DNA of 64,000 nt from Candidatus Daviesbacteria bacterium GW2011_GWA1_41_61 (GTDB lineage: Bacteria > Patescibacteriota > Microgenomatia > Daviesbacterales > UBA10151). The first letter of the stretch is position 1. Every line of letters starts with the position of its first letter. The notes beneath the pieces were generated by a model. The model saw only the letters and a list, made by a program, of their open reading frames with translations, did no database searches and was not told the DNA's origin. The stretch is taken from positions 892 through 64,891 of the forward strand of contig LCBT01000003.1 in NCBI GenBank assembly GCA_000997385.1. The letters are read 5' to 3'. Positions 28,416 through 37,806 of this stretch are shown here, piece after piece. The position numbers and the translations under genes are program-made.

Positions 28416-30947
28416 ATGAACTACCTGTCCATACCTTTAAACTTACTTCAGTTTTGGTACCCTCAAGCTCTGGTTATCTTTATCCGAAGCTTTAAAAACT
28501 TGATACTTTATTTAGAAGAAGATTTAGCTTTGGGATTGATGTGGAAGTTGCTGCTGGTGCCCCTCTTTCATGACTCTTCTTTTTTAGGCAGGATTTTAAG
28601 TTTTTTCTTTAGATTGTCCAGAATTTTTTTAGGCCTTTTTGCCTTTTTGTCAGTGGGCATCCTTATCTTTACTTTAACACTCTTTTGGTTTACCTTGCCT
28701 CTTTGGATAATAGTTTTAAAAGGAGACTTAAGATATTTAGCTTTAGGCAGTTTGCTTTTGGGGTTGTTACTTTTTATCTATCATTTATTTTCCCATCCTC
28801 CTAAAAAGGTTTGGCAGATCAAAAGTGTAGATGAGATTTGGCAGACCAGCAGGTTAAATCAGGGCCAGGCTAATTGGAAAAACCTTTTAAAAACCAAAGA
28901 GGTAAGAAACCTGCTGCGATATCTAGAAAAAAAACCTGAGGATTTAGCCGGACTTTCTGGGGGGAGTATTGCCGGCAGCGGGATCCTGCAAAGCTGTTTA
29001 GAACTGGGTAAAAAACTGGCGGTGCCTTATCTTCAGCCGGAACATTTTTTTGTCGCTGCCTTAACGAATATTCCTAATATCAGCGGCTCTCTGGCTAAGG
29101 TGGGTTTGACTGCCGAAGATTTTTTGTCTGTTTTAGATTTTCTAAAGAGAAAAGAACAGTACCATCATTTTGCAGCTGTTTGGGATGAGGATTTCCATGT
29201 TAAGCACTTAAAAGGGATTAACCGGGGGTGGTTGGGAGTGCCAACCCCTAATTTAGATATGGCCTCTGATGATCTGACGCGTCAGGCTGCCAAAGAAAAA
29301 CTCCCTGATTTTGTGGGTAGAGCAGAGGTGGTGAGCCAGGTGGTCAATATTTTGTCTTTAGAGGCAGGAAGAAATGTGGTCATAGTGGGTGAGCCGGGGT
29401 CAGGCAGGAGCACTTTAGTGGCATACTTGGCCAAACTGATTGTCTTGGGAGATGCTCCAGCCTCTTTGGCTACCAAACGTTTAGTTAGGTTGGATTTAAC
29501 AAGGCTTTTGTCCGGAGTCAAAACTCAAGGAGAGTTGGCTCAAAAAGTTGGTGATATCTTTGAGGAAGTCAAATTCTGCGGCAATATCATGATCTATATT
29601 GACGAAATCCAGGATTTAGGAATAGGCGAGGTCTCTTCAGAATTTAACCTTTATTCACTGCTTTTACCCTATATTGAGTCTTCTAACTTTCAATTTCTAT
29701 CTTCCACTGAAATACAAAATTTTACTAAAATCCTAGAAAAAAATGGGGCTTTTGCCAGGTTATTTACTAAAGTGGAACTGCCTCCTGCTTCCGCCCAAGA
29801 AACAGTCCAGATTTTACAAAATAAAGCTATTGAAGAGGAATCACATAAAAGTCAGACCAGTTTAATAGCCATCAAGGAGATTGCTAAGGTGACTTCCCAA
29901 TATATTCATGACCGGGTGCTGCCAGATTCAGCCCTAAAGATTTTCCTTCAATGCCAGAATCAGGCAGAAGATGGCTGGGTAATTAAATCAACGGTGGATA
30001 AAGTTTTTCAAACTCAAGTGAATATTCCAGTAGGAGAGGTAGAGGCTGAGACAAAACAGGAACTGCTTAATTTAGAAACAATCATTCATAAAAAGTTTAT
30101 TGACCAGGAGGAAGCGGTGGCAGCCATTGCCAAGACGCTGCGCCGGGCAGCTACTGCACTGCGGGAACAAAACAGACCAATCGGATCATTTTTATTTGTC
30201 GGCCCCACCGGAGTGGGAAAGACTGAACTGGCTAAGGTTTTATCTGAAGAATATTTTAAAAGGCAGGGCAATTTCTTAAGGTTTGATATGTCTGAGTATC
30301 AAGCTCCAGAATCAGTTAGTAAGCTAATTGGCCAGTCAGGGGAGGAAGGGATCTTAACAGAAAGTGTCAGGCTAAAACCTTATACTTTAATTTTACTGGA
30401 TGAATTTGAAAAAGCAGATAATAAAGTGCTGACTGTTTTTCTCCAGGTTCTAGAGGATGGCAGGTTAACTTCTGGGTCAGGCAGGACGGTTGATTTTACC
30501 AACACTATTATTGTGGCTACCTCCAACGCTGCCAGTTTAACTATTGCCCAAGGTTTGAGATCCGGACAAATCTTGGAACAACTAAAAGATAAAGTGAGCA
30601 GTGAGTTATTGCAGATTTTTAAACCTGAGCTGATTAATAGATTTGATGAAGTGGTGTTGTTTAAGCCCCTAATCCCTTTAGATTTACAAAAGATTGTCCG
30701 GTTAAAGTTATCAGCCTTACAAAAACAGCTTTCTGATCAAGGGTATATGGTAGATTTTGCTGATGAACTGGTAGTCAAGCTGGCTGAGAAGGGTTATGAT
30801 GCAGTCATGGGAGCCCGACCCTTAAGAAGGTTGATCCAGGATACTTTGGAAGCAAGATTATCAGTGATGATTTTAGAAAATAAACTTCCTAAAGGAGAAA
30901 AGTTTATTGTCACCAGACAAGAACTCGAACAAAGTGAGAGTTCATAG
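28416..30947 (+). CDS. ClpA/ClpB-family AAA+ ATPase with N-terminal membrane segments
   Basis: NBD1 GEPGSGRS/IDEI; NBD2 GPTGVGKTE, RFDMSEY, LLDEFEKA, GARPLRR; hydrophobic N-terminus. Confidence 0.88.
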   Translation: MNYLSIPLNLLQFWYPQALVIFIRSFKNLILYLEEDLALGLMWKLLLVPLFHDSSFLGRILSFFFRLSRIFLGLFAFLSVGILIFTLTLFWFTLPLWIIVLKGDLRYLALGSLLLGLLLFIYHLFSHPPKKVWQIKSVDEIWQTSRLNQGQANWKNLLKTKEVRNLLRYLEKKPEDLAGLSGGSIAGSGILQSCLELGKKLAVPYLQPEHFFVAALTNIPNISGSLAKVGLTAEDFLSVLDFLKRKEQYHHFAAVWDEDFHVKHLKGINRGWLGVPTPNLDMASDDLTRQAAKEKLPDFVGRAEVVSQVVNILSLEAGRNVVIVGEPGSGRSTLVAYLAKLIVLGDAPASLATKRLVRLDLTRLLSGVKTQGELAQKVGDIFEEVKFCGNIMIYIDEIQDLGIGEVSSEFNLYSLLLPYIESSNFQFLSSTEIQNFTKILEKNGAFARLFTKVELPPASAQETVQILQNKAIEEESHKSQTSLIAIKEIAKVTSQYIHDRVLPDSALKIFLQCQNQAEDGWVIKSTVDKVFQTQVNIPVGEVEAETKQELLNLETIIHKKFIDQEEAVAAIAKTLRRAATALREQNRPIGSFLFVGPTGVGKTELAKVLSEEYFKRQGNFLRFDMSEYQAPESVSKLIGQSGEEGILTESVRLKPYTLILLDEFEKADNKVLTVFLQVLEDGRLTSGSGRTVDFTNTIIVATSNAASLTIAQGLRSGQILEQLKDKVSSELLQIFKPELINRFDEVVLFKPLIPLDLQKIVRLKLSALQKQLSDQGYMVDFADELVVKLAEKGYDAVMGARPLRRLIQDTLEARLSVMILENKLPKGEKFIVTRQELEQSESS

Positions 30948-30976
30948 CCTCCCAGCAATTACTTAACTTATAGTGT

Positions 30977-31005
30977 TTGACTTTAAGACAAGGAGAAGCT
31001 AAAAT
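30977..31005 (+). promoter_or_regulatory. sigma70-type promoter (leaderless architecture)
   Basis: TTGACT-17 bp-TAAAAT, 7 nt before ATG 31013. Confidence 0.65.
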
Positions 31006-31012
31006 ACTAGGC

Positions 31013-31693
31013 ATGGTTGAGAGTGAAACAGGAAAACAAGAAAACTTTTTAAATATTACTCAAAACACTCTTCGGCAGTTAAGGGGCCGTGCCCGTTGGA
31101 TAACTCAAGAGAAAGGTAGCTGTGGAATTAGGACAGCTGTAGCTATGGGGATAGCTGTAGTAGGAGGTGCAGCGTTATTGACTTTGGCTGCATTACCTCT
31201 TTTTGAATCAAAACTAAGTCCAGTATTAGCTACTCCTGCTTCAGAAAAATCGGTAGTCGCTCAAACTTCTGCTCCTACCCCTGCTCCTGGTTTAGATTAC
31301 ATTAGACGAGGAATGTTAGATCCTACTCCTGTTGCTGGTAGGGAACCTCTTGTTATTGAGGCAACTTTATCTCGAGGGAAAGCTTTAAATGGCTTGGTCT
31401 TTGGTAATTGGCTGAAACTAGCTGAGTGCCCCGATGGTTCTTATGGATGGCAGGTGAGATATCTTCATAGAGTACAAGGCGAGGGTTTCTTTAATTCTTC
31501 AGGAGGTTTTGCTACAGCTAGGGGTACTAATTTAAAAGATAGGAGTGTTTATAACCGGCTTTACATCAATCCAAATAAAGATCTGGGTATCCATGAAGGT
31601 CCTGTGAATTTAGAATGTTTAGCAGGATATATAGGATCTAGTAAAGTTACTGAAAGCCATTCTTTACAATACAGGATTGAACTTACTCCCTAA
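31013..31693 (+). CDS. Hypothetical membrane-anchored protein
   Basis: TM helix plus PTP linker. Start moved to ATG 31013 because the called TTG is the -35 box. Confidence 0.6.
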   Translation: MVESETGKQENFLNITQNTLRQLRGRARWITQEKGSCGIRTAVAMGIAVVGGAALLTLAALPLFESKLSPVLATPASEKSVVAQTSAPTPAPGLDYIRRGMLDPTPVAGREPLVIEATLSRGKALNGLVFGNWLKLAECPDGSYGWQVRYLHRVQGEGFFNSSGGFATARGTNLKDRSVYNRLYINPNKDLGIHEGPVNLECLAGYIGSSKVTESHSLQYRIELTP

Positions 31694-31733
31694 CTGTAAT
31701 ATCTTACTTATCTGAGAACTTTTTTTCTTAACT

Positions 31734-31764
31734 TAGCCTTGAAAGATGTCCATCTTTGTGGCTA
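31734..31764. repeat. 31-bp palindromic REP-like element (copy 3)
   Basis: TAGCCTTGAAAGATGTCCATCTTTGTGGCTA. Confidence 0.75.
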
Positions 31765-31817
31765 TTTAATGAAGGAGCTTGACAAGTTGGATAGAATTAG
31801 TTGAAAGTAGAAAACAT

Positions 31818-33920
31818 ATGCAGAATTTGGTGATTGTGGAAAGCCCTACTAAAGCCCGGACCCTGTCTAAGTTTTTGGGAAGTAAATATCAAGTTGAAGC
31901 TTCCATGGGGCATATTAGGGATTTGCCTAAGGCTGATTTAGGGGTAGATATAGAAGATAATTTCGAACCTAAGTATATTATTCCCAGAGATAAATTAAAA
32001 AGAGCTAATGAGTTAAAAAAGCTGGCTTTAGGGGCTAAAACTTTATGGCTGGCTACAGATCCTGATCGAGAAGGAGAAGCCATCGCCTGGCACATAGCAG
32101 AATTCCTGCGGAGTTCAAAACTCAAAACTCAAAATTCAAAATTCAAAACTGATGAGAAAATAGATATGAAGCGTGTTGTGTTTCATGAAATTACTCCTGA
32201 GGCTATTAAGGCAGCCTTTGAAGAACCCAGAAGGATTGATCAAAAGTTGGTTGATGCCCAGCAAGCGAGACGGGTTTTAGACAGACTGGTAGGTTATAAA
32301 CTATCACCCCTGCTTTGGAAAAAAATTAAAAGTGGTCTGTCAGCCGGGAGGGTTCAGTCTGTAACTTTAAGGTTGATTGTGGAGAGGGAAAAGGAGATTA
32401 AGGCTTTTAAACCAATAGAATACTGGAGTATAGAAGCAGAATTGGTATCTGCTCAGGGTCCTGCCGGCTCACAGCCCCATCATGGGGCTCCCCGTTCGCC
32501 GTCACCCGCCTCCTCTTTTTTGGCAAATTTAATAGAAAAAGAGGGAAAAAAGTTGACTATTAAAAATCAGGCTGAAGCAGAGGGACATCTAAAAGCTTTA
32601 GAAAAAGCAGAATATCAAGTTTCTAAAGTGGCTAAAAAAGAGGTTAAAAAATATCCCGCTCCTCCTTTTACCACCTCCACTTTACAACAAGCTGCCTCAA
32701 ATAAATTAGGCTTTACCTCTAAAAAAACCATGATGTTGGCTCAAACTTTATATGAACACGGGTTGATAACTTACATGAGGACTGATTCTGTAAATTTGGC
32801 CCCTCAAGCCTTATCTCAAGCCAGAACTTTTATTGAGCACAGTATTGGGAAGAATTATTTGCCTCATACTCCAAGGGTTTATAAAACCAAATCCAAAGTA
32901 GCTCAAGAGGCTCATGAAGCTATAAGGCCTACTGATATTAATAGGACTGGGGAAAAATTAGCAGCTTCAGAAGGGTTAAGCAGAGATCACTTAAAGATCT
33001 ATGATTTAATTTGGAAGAGGATGGTAGCTTCCCAAATGGCCGAAGCGGTCTTTGATCATACTTTGGTAGATGTGACGGCTTCAGCTCACCTCGGAGGTGT
33101 TACTTATCTGCTTCGGGCAACAGGAAGTATTATTAAATTTGATGGATGGCTGAAGATATATGAAGTTCCAAATGCAAAGTTAAAAGTTCAAAGTTTAGAT
33201 GATCAAAAGGCACAAGAAGATGGTAATGATGGAAAAGAGCAGACTTTACCCCAGTTAACAGAAGGAGAACTATTAAAGTTGCTGCAGCTTATTGACCAGC
33301 AGCATTTTACTGAGCCTCCTCCTAGGTTTAATGAGGCTTCTTTAATTAAAAAACTGGAGGAGCTGGGGATTGGCCGGCCTTCCACTTATGCTCCGATTAT
33401 CTCTACTATTATAGAAAGGTTTTATGTCGAAAGGCTGGAGAAAAAGTTTATTCCTACTGAACTGGGGATAGTAGTGACAGATTTTCTAGTCCAAAACTTT
33501 CCTGATGTTTTTGATTATGCTTTTACAGCTCAGATGGAGGATGAACTGGATGAGATCGCTCGGGGGGAAAGAGCTTGGCGGCCGACTTTAGCTGAGTTTT
33601 ATAAACCATTTGCGGCTAAATTAGAGAATGTTTTTGATAAAGCTGAGAGGGTTAAGATAGAAGCAGAGGTGACAGACAAGGTTTGTCCCAAATGCGGCAA
33701 GAACTTACAAATTAAATTTGGTAGATTTGGCAAATTTTTAGCCTGCAGCGGTTTTCCAGAGTGTAAATACACCGAAAGTTTAGAAGAAAAGATTGATATT
33801 CCTTGTCCAAATTGTGGGGGAGATATAGTTTTAAGAAGGACCAAAAAGGGCAAGCCGTTTTATGGTTGTAAAAACTACCCCAACTGTAAATTTGCCTCCT
33901 GGACAAAACTAAAGAAATAA
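31818..33920 (+). CDS. topA: DNA topoisomerase I, carrying four short repeat-derived inserts
   Basis: LVIVESPTKA, ATDPDREGE, SAGRVQS, ITYMRTDS, GIGRPSTY and two C4 zinc fingers. Confidence 0.98.
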   Translation: MQNLVIVESPTKARTLSKFLGSKYQVEASMGHIRDLPKADLGVDIEDNFEPKYIIPRDKLKRANELKKLALGAKTLWLATDPDREGEAIAWHIAEFLRSSKLKTQNSKFKTDEKIDMKRVVFHEITPEAIKAAFEEPRRIDQKLVDAQQARRVLDRLVGYKLSPLLWKKIKSGLSAGRVQSVTLRLIVEREKEIKAFKPIEYWSIEAELVSAQGPAGSQPHHGAPRSPSPASSFLANLIEKEGKKLTIKNQAEAEGHLKALEKAEYQVSKVAKKEVKKYPAPPFTTSTLQQAASNKLGFTSKKTMMLAQTLYEHGLITYMRTDSVNLAPQALSQARTFIEHSIGKNYLPHTPRVYKTKSKVAQEAHEAIRPTDINRTGEKLAASEGLSRDHLKIYDLIWKRMVASQMAEAVFDHTLVDVTASAHLGGVTYLLRATGSIIKFDGWLKIYEVPNAKLKVQSLDDQKAQEDGNDGKEQTLPQLTEGELLKLLQLIDQQHFTEPPPRFNEASLIKKLEELGIGRPSTYAPIISTIIERFYVERLEKKFIPTELGIVVTDFLVQNFPDVFDYAFTAQMEDELDEIARGERAWRPTLAEFYKPFAAKLENVFDKAERVKIEAEVTDKVCPKCGKNLQIKFGRFGKFLACSGFPECKYTESLEEKIDIPCPNCGGDIVLRRTKKGKPFYGCKNYPNCKFASWTKLKK

Positions 33921-33937
33921 GATAAAACTTTTTAGGA

Positions 33938-34351
33938 ATGTACCGAACTAAAAAGTCAGAAGATCGTTATCAACAGTATCGAAAGACAGAAAGTAGATGT
34001 CCTTTTTGTACTCTTTCTGGGGAACGGATCATAGAAGAAACCAAAAGCTTTTACCTTATTAAAAATATTTACGGATATGATATTTGGGATAGAAGGAAGG
34101 TGAAAATTCACCTTCTACTGATTTCAAAAAATCATATAGCGGCTTTGCAAGAAATCGAGAAAGATATGGTTCAAGAGTATACAGATATTCTAAAAAAATA
34201 TTCTGAAAGAGGTTTTGATATTTTTACCAGGGCTACAGTTTCTTTGACAAAAAGCCAACCTCATTTCCATACTCATTTAATAAAAACTACTGGAAGATTG
34301 TTAAAGTCAGTGCATTTTAATGAAGATCCTTACTTTTTACACTTTAGTTAA
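33938..34351 (+). CDS. HIT-family nucleotide hydrolase
   Basis: CPFC near the N-terminus, HLLLISKNH, histidine triad HFHTH. Confidence 0.75.
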   Translation: MYRTKKSEDRYQQYRKTESRCPFCTLSGERIIEETKSFYLIKNIYGYDIWDRRKVKIHLLLISKNHIAALQEIEKDMVQEYTDILKKYSERGFDIFTRATVSLTKSQPHFHTHLIKTTGRLLKSVHFNEDPYFLHFS

Positions 34352-34357
34352 ATAATA

Positions 34358-34936
34358 ATGAGTATTGAACTGGGCACTACATTAGAAGTTGATCAATATA
34401 GAGATCCTTTATTACCTACTGCAGAAAGAGTAATTCCAATTGAAAGGCTTGTTGGCTTATTAAGGGAAGCTCATGGTCAGTATTTGGTGGGTGCGACTTC
34501 GGGAACGTTTGATCTCCTTCATTTAGGTCATCTACGCTACTTAGAAAGATTGGCTTACGAGGTGTATTCAAGATTAGGAGCTGGGAGAAAGGGTTTGGTG
34601 GTAGTGGGCGTTAATTCGGATGAGTCTACTCGTCGGAATAAGGGAGGAAGAACAAATGGGCGTCCGGTGATGGATGAAAGAACACGAGCGGAAATTGTGG
34701 CGGGATTAAGATGTGTTGATCTGACTTTTATTTTTGATGATGACCTCCAACTTGCTCAGCTTCATGTTGATCTTTTTCAAGTGTTTACAGGATCTGATCA
34801 TAAGCCAGAGGATCGTCCTGAGGTATCTTTAATGAAACAGAGTGGAACTTTTATTATTTCTGTTGACCCTGAAGAAGAAAGACCTGGGGCTACCACAGAT
34901 ATAATTAAAAAGATCAGAGAACATAATATCTACTAA
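34358..34936 (+). CDS. Cytidylyl/adenylyltransferase (HIGH superfamily, RfaE-II/TagD-like)
   Basis: GTFDLLHLGH, VVGVNSD, RPV....RAE.V..L..VD, TTDIIKKI. Confidence 0.85.
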   Translation: MSIELGTTLEVDQYRDPLLPTAERVIPIERLVGLLREAHGQYLVGATSGTFDLLHLGHLRYLERLAYEVYSRLGAGRKGLVVVGVNSDESTRRNKGGRTNGRPVMDERTRAEIVAGLRCVDLTFIFDDDLQLAQLHVDLFQVFTGSDHKPEDRPEVSLMKQSGTFIISVDPEEERPGATTDIIKKIREHNIY

Positions 34937-35039
34937 ATTTGCCTCCTGGACAAAACCTAAAAAGTAGTTGACAGGACTTCAAGTACGGGGTATATCATGG
35001 AGAAAGTAGTCTTTTCTTGAAAGAAAGGGGTGATTTAAA

Positions 35040-35222
35040 TTGAGTAGCGAACAAAAAGACAGAGTGGTGGTTGTTGTTAAAGTTGAGCCCGATATGGTTA
35101 ATGGCTATGCAGGTGAGGTACTTTCAAAAGCTGTACAGAGGCCTAAACCGGTTGAAGCGGTTAAAGCTCCTAGTAATAACAAATTACCTCAGGCCAAAAA
35201 AACTCCCGCATACCTGGGTTAA
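35040..35222 (+). CDS. Small hypothetical protein
   Basis: 60 aa; upstream TTGACA...TATATC and an SD-like AAGGGGTG. Confidence 0.45.
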   Translation: MSSEQKDRVVVVVKVEPDMVNGYAGEVLSKAVQRPKPVEAVKAPSNNKLPQAKKTPAYLG

Positions 35223-35352
35223 TTAGTCTTAAACAAGTGGTTATAAATCCGCAGCTAAGTCTATTGACAAAAGTTTAGGAAATTGTAATTATATTGAGGG
35301 CCTCAAATTCTGCCTAAACCTCCCAAAGAAAGTCTAAGGTAAAATTGAAAAC

Positions 35353-36993
35353 GTGAAATATATCTTTGTTTCTGGTGGAGTTATTTCCGGTATCGGTAAA
35401 GGTATTGCTACAGCCTCTATTGCCCTCCTTTTAAAGTCCGCAGGTTTTAAAGTAGCCCCTTTAAAAATGGATCCTTATTTAAATGTAGATGCCGGAACAA
35501 TGAATCCCCTGGAACATGGTGAGGTGTTTGTCTTAGATGATGGAGCAGAAACAGATCAAGATCTCGGCCACTACGAAAGGTTTTTAGGAGAAAGTTTAAA
35601 TAAATCTAATATTGCTACTCAGGGTGATATTTATTTATCAGTTATTCAAAGGGAGAGAAATTTAGAATATGAGGGGAAATGTGTGGAAGTGGTAGCTCAT
35701 GTTACAGAGGAAATTATCAGAAGAATTCAAGATGCTGGAAGATCAAAGAATGCCGATATTGTTTTGGTGGAGATTGGAGGAACAACAGGTGAATATCAAA
35801 ATCTCTTATTTTTAGAAGCCAACAGACTTTTAAAACTTAAAAAGCATGATGATGTCCTTCATATCCATGTCACTTACTTACCCATCCCCAGCTTTTTAGG
35901 CGAAATGAAAAGCAAGCCTGCCCAGATGTCAGTGAGGGATTTACACTCAGTGGGCATTCAACCTGATATTATCTTAGCTCGGGCTGAGAAACCTCTGGAT
36001 GAAACCCGTATTAAGAAGTTAGCCTTTTTTACTGGACTGGAAACAGAGGATGTCATCTCTGCTCCCGATGTCCGCAATGTTTATGAGGTCCCAGTAAATT
36101 TTGATGAAGGAGGGTTAACTAATAGGATTCTGGAAAAACTTAAACTTAAAAGAAAACATAAAGATCTTAAAACCTGGCGGGTTTTTTTAAAGAAGATGCA
36201 ATCAGCTCAAAAGCAGGTCAAAATTGCTATTGTTGGTAAGTATTTTTCTACCGGTGACTTTACTTTAGTTGATTCTTACATCTCAGTTATTGAAGCCTTA
36301 AAACATGCAGCTTTTACTTTGGGTTTTAAGCCAGAAATAGCCTGGATTGATTCTGGGAAACTGTTAAAAGATATAAACCAACTAAAAACTTACCAAGGAA
36401 TTATTGTGCCCGGAGGCTTTGGTTCCCGGGATATTGAGGGTAAAATTGAGGCTATCAAATACTGTAGAGAGAATAAAATTCCTTACTTTGGACTGTGTTA
36501 TGGCATGCAGCTTTCGGTAGTAGAATATGCCAGGAATGTTTTAGGCTGGAAAGGAGCTAATACTACAGAAGTGGATTCGGATACTAAGTATCCGGTCATC
36601 CATATTATGTCGGACCAACAAAAGAAGCTGTTAAAAAAAGATTATGGTGGAACCATGAGGCTGGGGGCTTGGGAATGTAAGCTTAAGGCAGGTAGTTTAG
36701 TCAGAAAGCTTTATGGCACATTTGGCAAGCTCAGTGCAGGCAAATCCAGAATTTCGGAAAGACACCGGCACCGGTATGAGTTTAACAATGACTTTTTAGA
36801 AAAGTTTTTAAGCAATGGCTTGACTATCTCTGGAACAAGCCCTGATGGAAAATTGGTGGAAATCATTGAGTTAAAAAACCACCCCTTCTTTGTGGGTACC
36901 CAATTCCACCCGGAGTTAAAATCCCGTCCTTTAGAACCTCATCCATTATTTTTAGGGTTTGTCAAAGCAGCAGCAAAAATTGATCCATATTGA
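35353..36993 (+). CDS. pyrG: CTP synthase
   Basis: GGVISGIGKG, DPYLNVDAGTM, GLCYGMQ, ERHRHRYE, QFHPE. Confidence 0.98.
   Translation: MKYIFVSGGVISGIGKGIATASIALLLKSAGFKVAPLKMDPYLNVDAGTMNPLEHGEVFVLDDGAETDQDLGHYERFLGESLNKSNIATQGDIYLSVIQRERNLEYEGKCVEVVAHVTEEIIRRIQDAGRSKNADIVLVEIGGTTGEYQNLLFLEANRLLKLKKHDDVLHIHVTYLPIPSFLGEMKSKPAQMSVRDLHSVGIQPDIILARAEKPLDETRIKKLAFFTGLETEDVISAPDVRNVYEVPVNFDEGGLTNRILEKLKLKRKHKDLKTWRVFLKKMQSAQKQVKIAIVGKYFSTGDFTLVDSYISVIEALKHAAFTLGFKPEIAWIDSGKLLKDINQLKTYQGIIVPGGFGSRDIEGKIEAIKYCRENKIPYFGLCYGMQLSVVEYARNVLGWKGANTTEVDSDTKYPVIHIMSDQQKKLLKKDYGGTMRLGAWECKLKAGSLVRKLYGTFGKLSAGKSRISERHRHRYEFNNDFLEKFLSNGLTISGTSPDGKLVEIIELKNHPFFVGTQFHPELKSRPLEPHPLFLGFVKAAAKIDPY
36719..36741 (+). 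repeat. In-frame 23-bp dispersed element in pyrG
   Basis: CATTTGGCAAGCTCAGTGCAGGC; 21/23 identical to 46353-46375. Confidence 0.75.
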
Positions 36994-37042
36994 TCCAGTT
37001 GCAAAAAAATCCTTGTATGTTTAAAGTAAGGTCATTACAAGT

Positions 37043-37804
37043 ATGCCTAGGTCTAAACTAAATTCTCACTCCAACGATGAGCATTTTTTTAAGAGATTAG
37101 AAGAAAGTTTCCACCAATTTTTAAAAACTAGCTATCGAGTTAATGGTGAGGATAAAAAAGAAGAACGTCCTTCTCCTTTTGATCTTGTAGGGACTTTACC
37201 TGACTGGGCTTTAAAAGAGCATATCAGACAAGGAATAATCAAACTTGACCCTTTAGCTGAAAACTGGGAAACATTAGTGGATGAAGTAACTATTGACCTT
37301 CACCTAGGCAACAAACTCCGGGTCTTTACTAATGATGGCTTAAACATTATCGACACCAGGTTTACCACCAAAGAGGAGATTGAAGGAATGATGAGAATGG
37401 TGGAGCTTAAGCCTGGCCAGCCATTTATCTTAACTGAGAATGAGTTTGTTATTGCCACTACCCGGGAAAAACTAACCCTGCCGGATGATGTTGTAGGACA
37501 CCTTCATGGTAAAAGCAGTTTAGCTAGGTTAGGGATTGCTGTTCACTCCACTGCTGCCAGGTTTGATCCAGGCTGGGATGGCTGCCCGGTATTAGAGTTT
37601 GGAACTTTCCTCAAAGGTAAGAAAATAGTTATATATGAAGGCAGTCCTATCTGCGCTTTTTCCTTTGAAAAAATGGCAGCTAAAGTTGATAGACCTTATA
37701 TCAAAAACCCCTACACTTATGCTGGTAGTACCTCTCCTGAAGTCTCTAATATTTCCAGGATTACACCGGGAAAGATCTATACTTCTCAGATAAAAAGAAG
37801 GTAA
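37043..37804 (+). CDS. dcd: dCTP deaminase
   Basis: IDLHLG, GKSSLARLG, DPGWDG..VLE (catalytic Glu present). Confidence 0.88.
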   Translation: MPRSKLNSHSNDEHFFKRLEESFHQFLKTSYRVNGEDKKEERPSPFDLVGTLPDWALKEHIRQGIIKLDPLAENWETLVDEVTIDLHLGNKLRVFTNDGLNIIDTRFTTKEEIEGMMRMVELKPGQPFILTENEFVIATTREKLTLPDDVVGHLHGKSSLARLGIAVHSTAARFDPGWDGCPVLEFGTFLKGKKIVIYEGSPICAFSFEKMAAKVDRPYIKNPYTYAGSTSPEVSNISRITPGKIYTSQIKRR

Positions 37805-37806
37805 TT

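Larger units (their letters stand above)
33887..34956. mobile_element. ~1.05-kb two-gene cassette bounded by a 23-bp direct repeat of the topA 3' end
   Basis: TAAATTTGCCTCCTGGACAAAAC at 33887-33909 and 34934-34956. Confidence 0.75.
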
